Position numbers and translations under genes: made by a program. The notes beneath the pieces are model-generated. The model was not told the origin of the DNA. It worked only from the letters and a program-made list of their open reading frames with translations, and made no database searches. From positions 143,953 through 207,952 of the IMG/VR virus record IMGVR_UViG_3300023184_000027: a stretch of 64,000 nt of DNA. The stretch is one strand, 5' to 3'. Positions 51,929-63,400 of this stretch are shown one piece after another; within the stretch, counting starts at the first letter, position 1; each line of letters begins with the position of its first letter.

Positions 51929-52803
51929 TATTGTTTTCTAATTGAGTCTATAATTTGATTTACATCAAAAATTTCATTTAAATCATTATACGGAATACTT
52001 GTCATATCTTGGAATAATAAATATTTTGAATAATGACTATGGTCTAACATAACCTCTTTTGTTGGAGTATTTGCCGTTATATTTGTATTGCTATGGTATC
52101 CAAAAACATTGGGGTTAGTTCCAACCCAAGTAACAACAGATGGAAGATTTAATGATGCTGCTATGTGCATAACGCTTGAATCAATTAACAATCGTTTTTT
52201 AGATAAACTCAATAAAATAGCAATACTTCTAAAATCATCTAACGCTTGTAAAGTGTCTTCATAAACAAATTGGTCTTCTCTTTTAATATGAAGAATCGCG
52301 TAATCATTTTTAAAATATCTAATCACTTCCTCTATTGTTGGTTGAGGTATATCACGAGTCCAACTATATTTTAAAGGTTGTCCGGCGGCACCACCATTTG
52401 GTTGGATAACCATAATTGGTTTATCTACTTTATAGAATTGTGTGAAGTATTGTTTTTCGGCTTCAGATATAAAAATTTCAGGTAATTCTCCTCTATAATC
52501 AACACCGAACATTTCACACCAAATCTGAATTAAGTGTTTGGATTCTGTAATATAATCTGATGTTTGATACGGTTCTCCAACAAACACTTTAGATTCTTGG
52601 TCCATAATGTATTTAGCGTAAATACCCGATAATTGACCGTGGTTTAATACCTTGTTCATATTTGGATTGTTAATAAAAACATCCGGATAACCTGACACGA
52701 CAATTATATAAGAGTCAGGATATTGTCGTCTAATTGCTTTTAATACTGCGGTTCCCATTACACTTTTTCCGAGACCACCTTCTATTGAAAATATTATATT
52801 CAT
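51928..52803 (-). CDS. GT9-like (heptosyltransferase-fold) glycosyltransferase
   Basis: GGLGKSVMGTAVLKAIRRQYP, VFINNP, IDSSVMHIAASLNLPSVV. Confidence 0.75.
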   Translation of the reverse strand: MNIIFSIEGGLGKSVMGTAVLKAIRRQYPDSYIIVVSGYPDVFINNPNMNKVLNHGQLSGIYAKYIMDQESKVFVGEPYQTSDYITESKHLIQIWCEMFGVDYRGELPEIFISEAEKQYFTQFYKVDKPIMVIQPNGGAAGQPLKYSWTRDIPQPTIEEVIRYFKNDYAILHIKREDQFVYEDTLQALDDFRSIAILLSLSKKRLLIDSSVMHIAASLNLPSVVTWVGTNPNVFGYHSNTNITANTPTKEVMLDHSHYSKYLLFQDMTSIPYNDLNEIFDVNQIIDSIRKQ

Positions 52804-52815
52804 ATTTGTTTTTTT

Positions 52816-53262
52816 TTAATTGTTTAATATTTTTTTTATACATTCATTAACACCAATGTTTGTGGTGTCAATATTAATAAAGTTTTCCGTAGGTGATTCA
52901 TAGTCATCAACAAATAAATTTTCCCTACCTCTAATTTCGGATGTGTGAACATAAATCTCTGTAATTTTTCTACCCATCTTTTTCTTAAATTCTTCTCTTT
53001 GGTCTTTATAAGGAGATACTAATGAAACAACAACATGAACACTTTGAGAACTGAGATATTGAGACATTTGTTGAGCGAGTTGGATATTTTTTCTTCTACC
53101 CTCTTCAGAATAATCTTTATTATCAAATAAATCTCTAATATCATCACCGTCAATGTGGAAACATAATTCTCTTTTAAAATCAATTAGTGATGAACATAAT
53201 TCTTTTCCCAATGTTGTTTTACCGGCACCCGGTTGACCTGTTATCCAATATATGTTAGACAT
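52816..53262 (-). CDS. cysC: Adenylyl-sulfate (APS) kinase, compact
   Basis: WITGQPGAGKTT, IDGDDIR, YSEEGRRKNI, VVVSLVSPY, YESP; start moved to ATG 53262. Confidence 0.8.
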   Translation of the reverse strand: MSNIYWITGQPGAGKTTLGKELCSSLIDFKRELCFHIDGDDIRDLFDNKDYSEEGRRKNIQLAQQMSQYLSSQSVHVVVSLVSPYKDQREEFKKKMGRKITEIYVHTSEIRGRENLFVDDYESPTENFINIDTTNIGVNECIKKILNN

Positions 53263-54076
53263 ACCCAAAATAATCGTAAAACCATTTATAATGATTCTTA
53301 ATATTGGTGGATAATTCATAACCCAATATATCAAGATAATCATCTGGCATTTTTTTAAATTCTTTTCTCAATACATGGTCACCAAATATACCGTGAACAA
53401 CATCATTTTCGTTTGTTACCTGTTCAATAGATTCAAAATTGTGTCCTTGATACATAGGTTGTCCAATGTAGTCGTAAAATCGTTTTATTTCCCTTTCAGG
53501 GTTATCCATTAAATCCTCGTATCTAATGAATAATATTTTAGAGTGAAGGTTTTGTTGGAAGATATCTTGTAATCTATCTACCGTCACACCAACCGGTGGA
53601 CCACTAGCCCAAATATCAACTCGTTTGTTTACAGTAGTTCCAACTAATTCGTTTGGGTTCTGTATATGACTTTCTTTGTGGGGATTTTTTCTAAAGTTCT
53701 TCTCCATAGAGGAGTAGACACATCTTAAGTCTCTAATCATACAAACAATCTTTGGGTCTTCTTTGAATAAACTCAATAGATTGTAGTTAATACCCCACCC
53801 TCGACTCTTGTCTAACACATAGGGTTTATCTGTTAATTCCTCAAAGAATCCTTGAATCCCTTTTCTACAAAAATTAATGAATGCCTTCTCCATTAATTTG
53901 GGGTCTTGAGCTCTAATTTCTTGAGAACCATTATAATGATTTTTTGCTCCGGATACCAACTCAATTAATCCTGATGTTGGGGTTACGTAAAATTGGGGAT
54001 TTTGTCCGATTAAATTTTGAAATAGGGTTGAACCTGCTCTAGGTAGAGAAGAGTTAAAAAAGATTATCTTATCCAT
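53255..54076 (-). CDS. PAPS-dependent sulfotransferase
   Basis: 5'-PSB SLPRAGSTL, DKSRGW, 3'-PB IRDLRCVYSS, IRYEDL..PE. Confidence 0.88.
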   Translation of the reverse strand: MDKIIFFNSSLPRAGSTLFQNLIGQNPQFYVTPTSGLIELVSGAKNHYNGSQEIRAQDPKLMEKAFINFCRKGIQGFFEELTDKPYVLDKSRGWGINYNLLSLFKEDPKIVCMIRDLRCVYSSMEKNFRKNPHKESHIQNPNELVGTTVNKRVDIWASGPPVGVTVDRLQDIFQQNLHSKILFIRYEDLMDNPEREIKRFYDYIGQPMYQGHNFESIEQVTNENDVVHGIFGDHVLRKEFKKMPDDYLDILGYELSTNIKNHYKWFYDYFGYV

Positions 54077-54100
54077 AAATTATAACATATATTTGTGTTA

Positions 54101-54129
54101 ATAATAAATGGATATTGAATTGTAGTAAA
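54101..54129 (-). promoter_or_regulatory. sigma70-type promoter (TTTACT-17-TATTAT) for sulfotransferase-cysC-GT9
   Basis: Spacing counted directly. Confidence 0.45.
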
Positions 54130-54160
54130 CCCTATTAGGGCAAATAATAATGGGGTTTGT

Positions 54161-55102
54161 TTAAAAGGCAATTATCATAACTATACCGTCACCACCGTCA
54201 CCACCTTTTCCGCTAGTTCCGTTATTGGCGTTTCCTCCGGCTCCACCACCACTTCCTATTCCACCTTTTCCTCCGTTACCAGCCACACCACCGGATGTAT
54301 AGGCGTTTCCACCTCCTGCGCCTCCTACTGAGAAAAATGGTTTCCAAGATGTTATACCATCGGCACCGTTTCCACCTGTAGTGCTTCCACCAACACCACC
54401 TATAATAGATGGAGTTAATGACGTAATTGATGAAGTAGAGATAAGACTTCCACCGTTAAAAGCGGTTGCTGTTCCATTATAAGGCCCTCCACCACTCCCT
54501 GAATGTAATAAGAATGAATTTCCAAAAATATTAACATCAGGGACGGCTGTTGAAATCCCTCCGGTTTGAGAATTAGTTCCTTGTGTAGATATAAAATTAG
54601 TGAGACCAATTAAATAATTATTGGATAAACTAGATGCAGGTGTACCGGCACCTGACACGTTTGTTCCTCCATTCGTGGAACCAAGACCACCAAAAAAACT
54701 AACGGTACGAGCCGAAGTATTTTGAGAATCAAGTTGGGATGCTAAAAACACACCTGAAGATTCTCCCGCATTTCCGGCATTGAACCCTGTCGTCGGGGTT
54801 GAAACACCAACACCACCGATACCACCTTTACCTACTTTTATGTATAAAGTATTAGGGATTAAATTTGAATTAATTAATGCTCTATTAATTGAGCCAGTCC
54901 CACCGCCAAAATTATTTATTGTATTTACATTTAAAACCGCATTATTTCCTGAAGCTCCACCACCACCACCATCAATACTAATTATATAGATAAAACTGCA
55001 GTTTCTTGGTTTTTGCCAAGTTTGATAACTAGTAGAACCTGCGTCAGCATAAAATATTTTTATGTCTTCTTGTGAGTTTGGTATATGAAATAAATCTATC
55101 AT
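54161..55102 (-). CDS. Glycine-rich tail-fibre-type protein, paralog 3
   Basis: TWQKPRN...GGGGG N-term; GGDGGDGIVMI C-term. Confidence 0.75.
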   Translation of the reverse strand: MIDLFHIPNSQEDIKIFYADAGSTSYQTWQKPRNCSFIYIISIDGGGGGASGNNAVLNVNTINNFGGGTGSINRALINSNLIPNTLYIKVGKGGIGGVGVSTPTTGFNAGNAGESSGVFLASQLDSQNTSARTVSFFGGLGSTNGGTNVSGAGTPASSLSNNYLIGLTNFISTQGTNSQTGGISTAVPDVNIFGNSFLLHSGSGGGPYNGTATAFNGGSLISTSSITSLTPSIIGGVGGSTTGGNGADGITSWKPFFSVGGAGGGNAYTSGGVAGNGGKGGIGSGGGAGGNANNGTSGKGGDGGDGIVMIIAF

Positions 55103-55105
55103 AAA

Positions 55106-55975
55106 TTAAAAGTTTGTTGTTATCATAATTAGTCCGTTACCTCCTTTTCCACCATTTCCTGCAGTTGTAGTTCCTGCCCCACCACCGCCACCACCGCATC
55201 CTGGTGCTCCGTTTCCTCCATTTCCTCCTGTAGTACCACCACCTCCACCTCGTCCTCCAAATAGGAAAAGTGTTGGCGTATATAATATAGCACCGTCAGA
55301 ACCTCTTGTATTTACTGGTGTGGCAACTATGGATGGAAATAGTGGTGCCGAACCGGCGTTAAATCCAGACCCAGTAGATGTTCCACCACCACCACCAGCG
55401 GCAATTGTAAAAGATGCATAAGATGTACTAGTTGCCGCCGCTGTTGAGCTAGCAGTACCTGCCAACCCAACACTCGCAATAAAGGTTCCTAAATTTAAAA
55501 ACACACCATTTGATGTGGTCGCAACAGTTTCTGCAAGTCCCCCAACAACTGATACGGTTGAACCGGCAGAACCTCCTGTTGCGGCAACGGCACCTGAAGT
55601 ACAAACTATGTTGGAAATGTTTGAGATATCCGGTATTAGACACACATATGATTTTGTTGCGGAACTTCCTGCTGTGACTACACCTGAAGCACCACCTATA
55701 CCACCAGCACCACCAGTTCCTGGTAGGATATATAGAATATTGGGAAGTAAAGACGCTTGTACAACTAATTTTACGTAACCACCTGTTCCACCACCCGCAC
55801 CACCACTTCTAGCTGCGGCTGCTTGAAATCCTCCTCCTCCTCCGGCACCAGCACCGAGAACAAAGAAAGATACTATTTTAGCGTTTCTTGGTTTTACCCA
55901 AGTTTGCCAAGAACCAGGGTTTTGGAATATCTGCGTATCACTACTACTATTTTGAAAATATGATAAATCTAACAT
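55106..55975 (-). CDS. Glycine-rich tail-fibre-type protein, paralog 2
   Basis: TWVKPRNAK...LGAGAGGGGG; GGKGGNGLIMI. Confidence 0.75.
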   Translation of the reverse strand: MLDLSYFQNSSSDTQIFQNPGSWQTWVKPRNAKIVSFFVLGAGAGGGGGFQAAAARSGGAGGGTGGYVKLVVQASLLPNILYILPGTGGAGGIGGASGVVTAGSSATKSYVCLIPDISNISNIVCTSGAVAATGGSAGSTVSVVGGLAETVATTSNGVFLNLGTFIASVGLAGTASSTAAATSTSYASFTIAAGGGGGTSTGSGFNAGSAPLFPSIVATPVNTRGSDGAILYTPTLFLFGGRGGGGGTTGGNGGNGAPGCGGGGGGAGTTTAGNGGKGGNGLIMITTNF

Positions 55976-55976
55976 A

Positions 55977-56849
55977 TTATGAAATTACTGTTATTATGAC
56001 TAATCCGTCACCTCCGTCACCTCCGTTACCGGCAACAACAGAACCGGCACCTCCACCACCGCCTCCACAGCCGTACCATCCATTACCTCCTGTTCCACCT
56101 GTTCCTGTAGTAATTCCGGCACCGCCTGCTCCTCCTGTCCCACACAATGTAGAAAGATTTCCGTAACCAGAATCACCATTTTGTCCCGCAGTCACACCAC
56201 CATTCACTTGAGAAGTTAGTATAGATGTTGCTGATGTTATATTTCCTCCTGTTCCAAAGACAGAAGCTGTCTTTCCTCCACCACCAGCACCACCCATAAC
56301 AATGTTTGTTCCTAAAGCGGCTTGAGATGTTCCGTTAGTACCTGTGTTGGCACCACCAGCTGACCCAGCAACTCCAGCAACTGAAGTAAATAACCCTAAA
56401 CCTGTAAATGTAGGACTTACAGCGATAGTAGGGGCGGTTCCACCAACTCCTGCTGAGGTTCCTCCATTTCCACTACTTTGAGACGACTTACATAACGTTA
56501 ATGTTGAACCATTATCAACAGACACGTAAGATATGCTACCAGAACCTCCGGTACCATTTGATACTATTCCACCTTTCCCACCTTTCCCAACAAATATATA
56601 TAGAATATCTGGTAATAAAAAGGCTGGTACAATCATTCTCACCATTCCCGCCGAAGCACCACCACCCGCACCAGTTACTCCCGCAGCACCAATAGTACAG
56701 TGTCCACCACCTGCTGCACCACCTAAACAAAATATCTCTAAAAATTTTGCATTACGAGGTTTTTGAAATGGTTGATATTCACCTGTCGCATAAAATGTAT
56801 AGGTAGATTGTGTATTTGTATTGGTTGTTATGTTAAAAACATCTATCAT
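55977..56849 (-). CDS. Glycine-rich tail-fibre-type protein, paralog 1
   Basis: FQKPRNAK...LGGAAGGG; GGDGGDGLVII. Confidence 0.75.
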   Translation of the reverse strand: MIDVFNITTNTNTQSTYTFYATGEYQPFQKPRNAKFLEIFCLGGAAGGGHCTIGAAGVTGAGGGASAGMVRMIVPAFLLPDILYIFVGKGGKGGIVSNGTGGSGSISYVSVDNGSTLTLCKSSQSSGNGGTSAGVGGTAPTIAVSPTFTGLGLFTSVAGVAGSAGGANTGTNGTSQAALGTNIVMGGAGGGGKTASVFGTGGNITSATSILTSQVNGGVTAGQNGDSGYGNLSTLCGTGGAGGAGITTGTGGTGGNGWYGCGGGGGGAGSVVAGNGGDGGDGLVIITVIS

Positions 56850-57028
56850 TATTCAGCCCAAGTTGGTTTAGGTGGATTAGAGTCCACAACATATCCCTCA
56901 ATAGGAAAATCGGGAGATATAAGAGTATTTCCGTTTAAATCAGTTAACCTAACTAAATTCCCATTACTTATTTCTTGATACGCTTGAAAATCCCATCCAA
57001 GAGTATATTGTATTAAAATATATTCCAT
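56849..57028 (-). CDS. Small 59-aa protein missed by the ORF track (possible fibre assembly factor)
   Basis: MEYILIQYTLGWDFQAYQEISNGNLVRLTDLNGNTLISPDFPIEGYVVDSNPPKPTWAE; TAATG coupling at both ends. Confidence 0.75.
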   Translation of the reverse strand: MEYILIQYTLGWDFQAYQEISNGNLVRLTDLNGNTLISPDFPIEGYVVDSNPPKPTWAE

Positions 57029-57444
57029 TAGTATTTTCCTCCAATAACACTTACAAAGTAACCCGCAGCAACTGTTGTACCAAGAGTCACATTTAGTTTA
57101 TATCCCGCGGGTAAGGCAAAGTTAAGAGGTAATTCATACACGGCTAATGCTGCCACCTCGGATAATGTTGTCGCTGCTAAAGTAATCTCATCAAATAATA
57201 TGTTATTTCCTGCCGTACTATTTGCTGACCCATTATTAATGAATACCCTTGCCACGGTGGCGATATTAGTCCCCGCTGCTCTGAATCTTATTCTTTGAAC
57301 AAACCCTCCGTTTGTGGCGTCTGCTGTGAAGCAAGTAAGAACAGTACCTGTTCCGTCTTTTGCGGTGTTAAGTGTTGTTATTGCTGTTGTTCCCCATTGA
57401 ACATCTCCAGCTAATGAGAAGATAGGTGCGGTATTTGCTGCCAT
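57028..57444 (-). CDS. Small Ala/Thr-rich beta-sandwich virion protein
   Basis: MAANTAPIF...TVARVFINNG...LFDEITL...LPAGYKL; fibre operon context. Confidence 0.65.
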   Translation of the reverse strand: MAANTAPIFSLAGDVQWGTTAITTLNTAKDGTGTVLTCFTADATNGGFVQRIRFRAAGTNIATVARVFINNGSANSTAGNNILFDEITLAATTLSEVAALAVYELPLNFALPAGYKLNVTLGTTVAAGYFVSVIGGKY

Positions 57445-57488
57445 TTTGTATTGTTTTTATTTTAAATTTAGTGTTATTTTTATAATTG

Positions 57489-60400
57489 TCAAAACATATT
57501 TTGAAATCCTGTTGAAAATACTTGTAATAATCCTAATGTAAGAATAGTTGGAGCTGGACTTGTTCCGCTTGTTCCCGCAATTCCTGATGTTCCTGATGAA
57601 CCACTACTACCAATACCACTAGTTCCTGATGAACCACTATTACCAATACCACTAGTTCCTGAAGAACCACTACTACCAGGTGTTGTTGTAACTAATAAAC
57701 CGTTTGAACCAACACAGATTGAACATCCTGATGAACCTGTGAAACTACAAACAGATAAATCATTAACAAATGTAGTACAACTTCTGTTTGCTGTGATACA
57801 ACTACCTATAACATTAGCGTGTTGAAATGATGCCGATATTGTGTTATTTCTACCACCAAGTATTGATGAATAAACTGAACAAGCGCTATTACATAAACCA
57901 CCGGCAATCGTTGATGAACATCCACAAGTTATATTACAAGCACCACCACCAATAAACATAAAACAAGCTCCTGAACTGGCTGAAGTACAGTTTTTATAAC
58001 CACCTGATATTGTCGAACAACCATTGTTACCAACATTACTATTACATTTTCCACCGCCAATTGTTGAATTAGAACCAGAAGCAGTATTTGAACTACCACC
58101 GCCAATTGTTGAACTACTACCACCAGCAGTATTTCCAAGACCTCCACCAATTGTTGAACAAGCTCCCGTTGCACAGTTTCTATATCCACCACCGATGGTT
58201 GATAATCTACCAGCATCACAACAAGTGGTTGTTCCTGTTAAGTCCCCTGTTATTGCGTTAAATGTTCCACCTGATGTATTGTGTCCAATACCTCCACTGA
58301 TTGTGGCACCTAAAGAACAACATTCGTTTGTTGGTGATTGAATAACATTTCTTTGTCCACCACCAATAAATGAGAATCTAGCGGTTATTGTATTACAACC
58401 TCCACCAACAATTGTTGATGTACATCCAGTTGTGACATTACAACATCCACCTCCAATAACTGAATAATTCGATGATGTAGTATTACAAAATCCTCCACCA
58501 ATAACTGAGTTGCCTCCAGATACTTTATTACCACATCCACCCCCGATTGCAGAACCACTTGAATTTATGCAAATACAATTAGTACATCCTCCAGCGATAG
58601 TTGTAAAGGAACTAGTGTCAATAGAATTAGATTTACCACCACCAATAAACATACCAACTCCACCCGAACCCCCACAAGCTATATTACAACAACCACCACC
58701 AATAGTTGACGAACAATTATTACCTGTTATAATGTTACAATAACCACCACCAATTGTTAATAAAGCGGCTCCACACGATTTATTACAATAACCACCACCA
58801 ATAACAGAGTTACTGGTGCTAATTAAATTTTTTTGACCACCGGCGATAACTGAACAAGCTCCTGTCACACAGTTTCTATATCCACCACCAATGGTTGATA
58901 ATTTACCAGCATTACAACAAACAATTGTCCCTGATAAAATACCTGTTGATGAGGTAAATGTTCCTCCTGAAGTATTATGTCCAATACCTCCACCGATTGT
59001 TACACCTAATGAACAACATTCGTTTGTTGGTGATTGAATTATATTTCTATGACCACCGTTTATATTTGAGAATTTTGAGTTTGTTATATTACAATAACCA
59101 CCAAGAATTGATGAGCTATTACCTGAAATGCTATTTCTATATCCACCACCAATAAATGACCTATCGGAAAATGTATTATTTGATTCACCACCACCAATAG
59201 TTGAAACATTACCTATTGTGCAATTATTACAACCACCTCCAATAAATGAGAAATTACAACAACTAACGTTACTCTTACCACCAACAACTGATGACAAACA
59301 ACCTTTTGAGCAGTTTCCATAACCACCACTAATTGTTGAACAATTTCCGCAACTAACATTACATTGACCACCACCAATAAATGAACTTTCACCAATAACA
59401 GTATTAGACTGCCCACCAGCTATGGTACCTAAACCATATGGTACACATATTTTATTATTGTATCCTCCACCAATGGTATTACTACCAACTGGGTTAAAAG
59501 TACCTGTATTTGAGAAAATAACATTACAGCAACCACCACCAATAGTATTGGGTCTAATTGCGTAGCTAGAATTATCAACAGTAAAATTACAAATAATATT
59601 TCTATTACCACCAACAATTGTTGAGTATTTGGCAACTACAGTGTTATTTTCACCACCACCAATAAATGATGTCTGCCCTGATGCTATATTACCTTGACCA
59701 CCAACAACCACAGATGCGTATCCAAATGATGTGTTACGACGATATCCAATATTAGAATTGGGTTTTCCACCACCAACAAATGAAAATGTTCCAGATGCTA
59801 AATTTTGAGAACCTCCGACAACTGTTGAAAAACATGCTGATGCGGTATTTCCGCTACCGGCTAATGCGGCTGAAAAACATGATGTTGCGGTATTACCAAC
59901 ACCACATCTAATGGTTGAGTTAACACCTGTTCCGGTAATGATTATACTATCACCACCTCCACCTGAGCTTGTTCCGCTAGACCCAGATATACCTGATGTT
60001 CCAGCCACTCCATTTGCCCCTGATGTTCCTGAAGAACCAACACCACTTGTTCCACTAGAACCTGCAATACCTGATGTTCCTGATGAACCACTTACGCCAA
60101 TACCACTTGTTCCACTAGAACCTGCAATACCTGATGTTCCTGAAGAACCACTTACGCCAATACCACTTGTTCCACTAGAACCTGCGGCTCCTGATGTTCC
60201 GCTTGTTCCTCTAGTACCAGACGCTCCTGACGTTCCTGAAGAACCACTATTACCAGTACCACCTGATGTTGTTACCAATAAACCATTTGCTCCAACACAG
60301 ATTGAACATCCTGATGAACCTGTGAAACTACAAACAGATAAGTCATTTACAAATGTTGTACAAGCTCTGTTTGCTGTTATATTACTACCAATAATATTAG

Positions 60401-63400
60401 AATTTGTAAATCCTGACGATATTAAATTACTTTTACCACCAAGTATGGATGAATAAGTTGCGTAAGCACTATTACAATAACCACCACCTATCATTGAATA
60501 ATTACCGTAAGATTTATTCACACGACCACCACTAATTGTTGAAACCCGTCCTTTTGCAATATTACCGACACTGACATATATATCAGTATACTCTGGGTAA
60601 CCTGAATTTCCGGTACATACACATCCACCACCACCACCTATTGTTGAGTAATGACCACAAGAAACATTATTACTACCACCACCTATTGTTGAATAACTGC
60701 AGTTGGTGATATTTGAATCACCACCGCCAATTGTTGAAAAACTACAACAAGCTCTATTTAAAACACCACCACCAATTGTTGAATTAGTACCAGATGCGGT
60801 ATTTGAACTACCACCGCCAATTGTTGAACTACTACCACAAGCAGTATTTCCAAGACCTCCTCCGACTGTTGAGGCTAAATAAGATGAGGTGTTATCTGCA
60901 CCCCCAGCAACTGTTGAGAATATGACTCCGGAAGCGGTGTTACCTCTACCACCACCAATTGTTCCCCCATAACCAGATACAGAGTTACCTTTACCACCGA
61001 CTATTGTTGTATAATAACCACAAGAAACATTATTACGACCACCACCAATAAATGAAAAATTACATGACGCAGTGTTTCCACTACCGGCTAATGCTGCAGA
61101 ACAATTTCCTGATGCAGTATTTCCAACACCACATCTCATAGTTGAGTTAACACCTGTTCCGGTAATGATAATACTATCACCACCTCCACCAGAACTTGTT
61201 CCGCTTGTTCCGGCAATACCAGCTGCTCCTGAAGTTCCTGAAGAACCTGTTGCTCCTGAAGAACCTGTTGCTCCTGAAGAACCCGATGTTCCACTTGCTC
61301 CGGTACCACTTGTTCCGCTAGAACCTGTTGCTCCTGAAGAACCTGTTGCTCCTGAAGAACCAGATGTTCCACTTGCTCCTGATGAACCTGTTGCTCCTGA
61401 AGAACCTGAAGTTCCGCTTGCTCCTGATGAACCTGTTGCTCCTGAAGAACCATCGGCACCACTAGAACCTGAAGTTCCGCTTGCTCCTGATGAACCTGTT
61501 GCTCCTGAAGAACCACTTGTTCCACTAGAACCATTCGCACCTGATGTTCCCGAAGAACCGCTAGTTCCTGATGTTCCGCTAGTTCCCGAATTTGTTGGTG
61601 ATAATGTTGTTGTTACTTGTCCAATAGTACTATCATTGAAGTACATTGTAAGCACTTTAGTGTAAGGTGAGTCGATAGCGATACCATATAATTCTATAAG
61701 AATTCTATCTGACGGCACGACATTAGTTGCCGAAATAGGTATTGAAAATAAATATAAGGTAGGGACAAGGTGACTATCTATTGGAACAGGAACGGGAGTA
61801 ACAGTAGATAACAACGTAGTTGTCCCTCCAGTATGATATGCGTATATTCTCGCATATATTCCGTGGTCGGCATTTGTTGCGGTAGTATTAGCGTATAATT
61901 CAAAATTCCAATTCCCACCCACAATATTACTAATATTGGGGTCATTATTAGGTGTTATGAATGTCCCAAATAATTGTGCTGTTGCCCCTGATAATGTTTG
62001 AGATAAAGATGTTTGTCCGCTAATACTAATTACCCGGTCTAAATCATAATATGATACACTTCCAGCACCTTGATTAGGTATATTTCTATTGAAGTAATAA
62101 ACTAATCCTGTTGAAAATCCGTTAATACCGCTAGACCCTGAAGAACCATCGGCACCACTAGAACCAGATGTTCCGCTTGCTCCTGATGAACCTGTTGCTC
62201 CTGAAGAACCATCGGCACCACTAGAACCAGATGTTCCACTTGCTCCGCTAGAACCTGTTGCGCCTGAAGAACCTGTTGCACCTGAAGAACCTGATGTTCC
62301 ACTTGCTCCCGATGTACCTGAACTACCACTTATTCCAGAAGAACCTGAAGTTCCGCTAGAACCACTTGTCCCAGAAGAACCATAAGTCGCTCCAAGAGTT
62401 GTAATAACATAAGAATAATAGGTAGTACCTTCCGTATACCAAGTAACGTCACGATTACTTGTACCTTGGTAAACCACATATATTTTAACAATCATTCTGT
62501 CTGATGGTAGAATGTAGTATGATGACGGTATCACTAAATCTACATACACTTCAACAGGGATTGATACTCCTACCCATCCAATAATCGTTTGATTGGTTGA
62601 TATTACTGTTCCGTAACTTGTCCCCCCACTATTAGCTAACTCTATTGTACAAAAAACATCAGTATTATCATTCACATTATTTTTTAACATATGTAAATGG
62701 AATCGTTGACTTCCTGGTGGAATAACGTTAACACCTAATCCTGATGCGTCGGTGATAAATTCTTGAACTAACACAGGAGTTAAACCATTTGTTGTTTTCA
62801 GAATAGTTTGAGTTGATGCAGTTGTTGGTAATGTACCGATTTGTTTGTAAGATAATGGTGTTTGTGTTACGGATTGATTAAAATAAAATATTTGTCCTGA
62901 CGCAACACCACTTATACCGCTAGTTCCTGAAGTACCGGCGGTACCATCTGAAGAACCTGATGTTCCGCTGGTACCACTTGAACCTGAAGTTCCGCTTGTT
63001 CCACTTTCACCTGAAGTTCCGCTTGTTCCATATGTTTGACCACTTGAACCTGCTGAACCGCTTTCACCTGATGAACCACTTGTTCCACTTTCACCTGATG
63101 AACCACTTGTCCCACTTTCACCTGATGTTCCACTTGTACCACTTTCTCCTGACGAACCACTTTCTCCTGACGAACCACTTTCACCTGAAGAACCGCTTGT
63201 TCCACTTTCACCTGAAGAACCGCTTGTTCCACTTTCGCCTGATGTTCCAGAAGTTCCTTTAGTCCCTGATGAACCAGAAGTTCCGCTAGACCCTGAAGAA
63301 CCTGCTGCTCCTGACGCTCCATCAAGATTTGTTGTCCAAGATAAAAAAGTTCCAGTACCATTTATAACGGTTACGGTAACTTGTAAATCACCTGTTGATG

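Noticed and set aside
23818-54076. Host LPS/capsule locus or chimeric bacterial contig
   Set aside because: No wzx/wzy/wzm/wzt or initiating phosphotransferase; enzymes are interleaved with phage-type genes and share the same AT-rich style and terminators
54127-54158. Hairpin after Gly-rich gene as terminator
   Set aside because: Mismatch in the stem on the coding strand, 10-nt loop and poor U-tract
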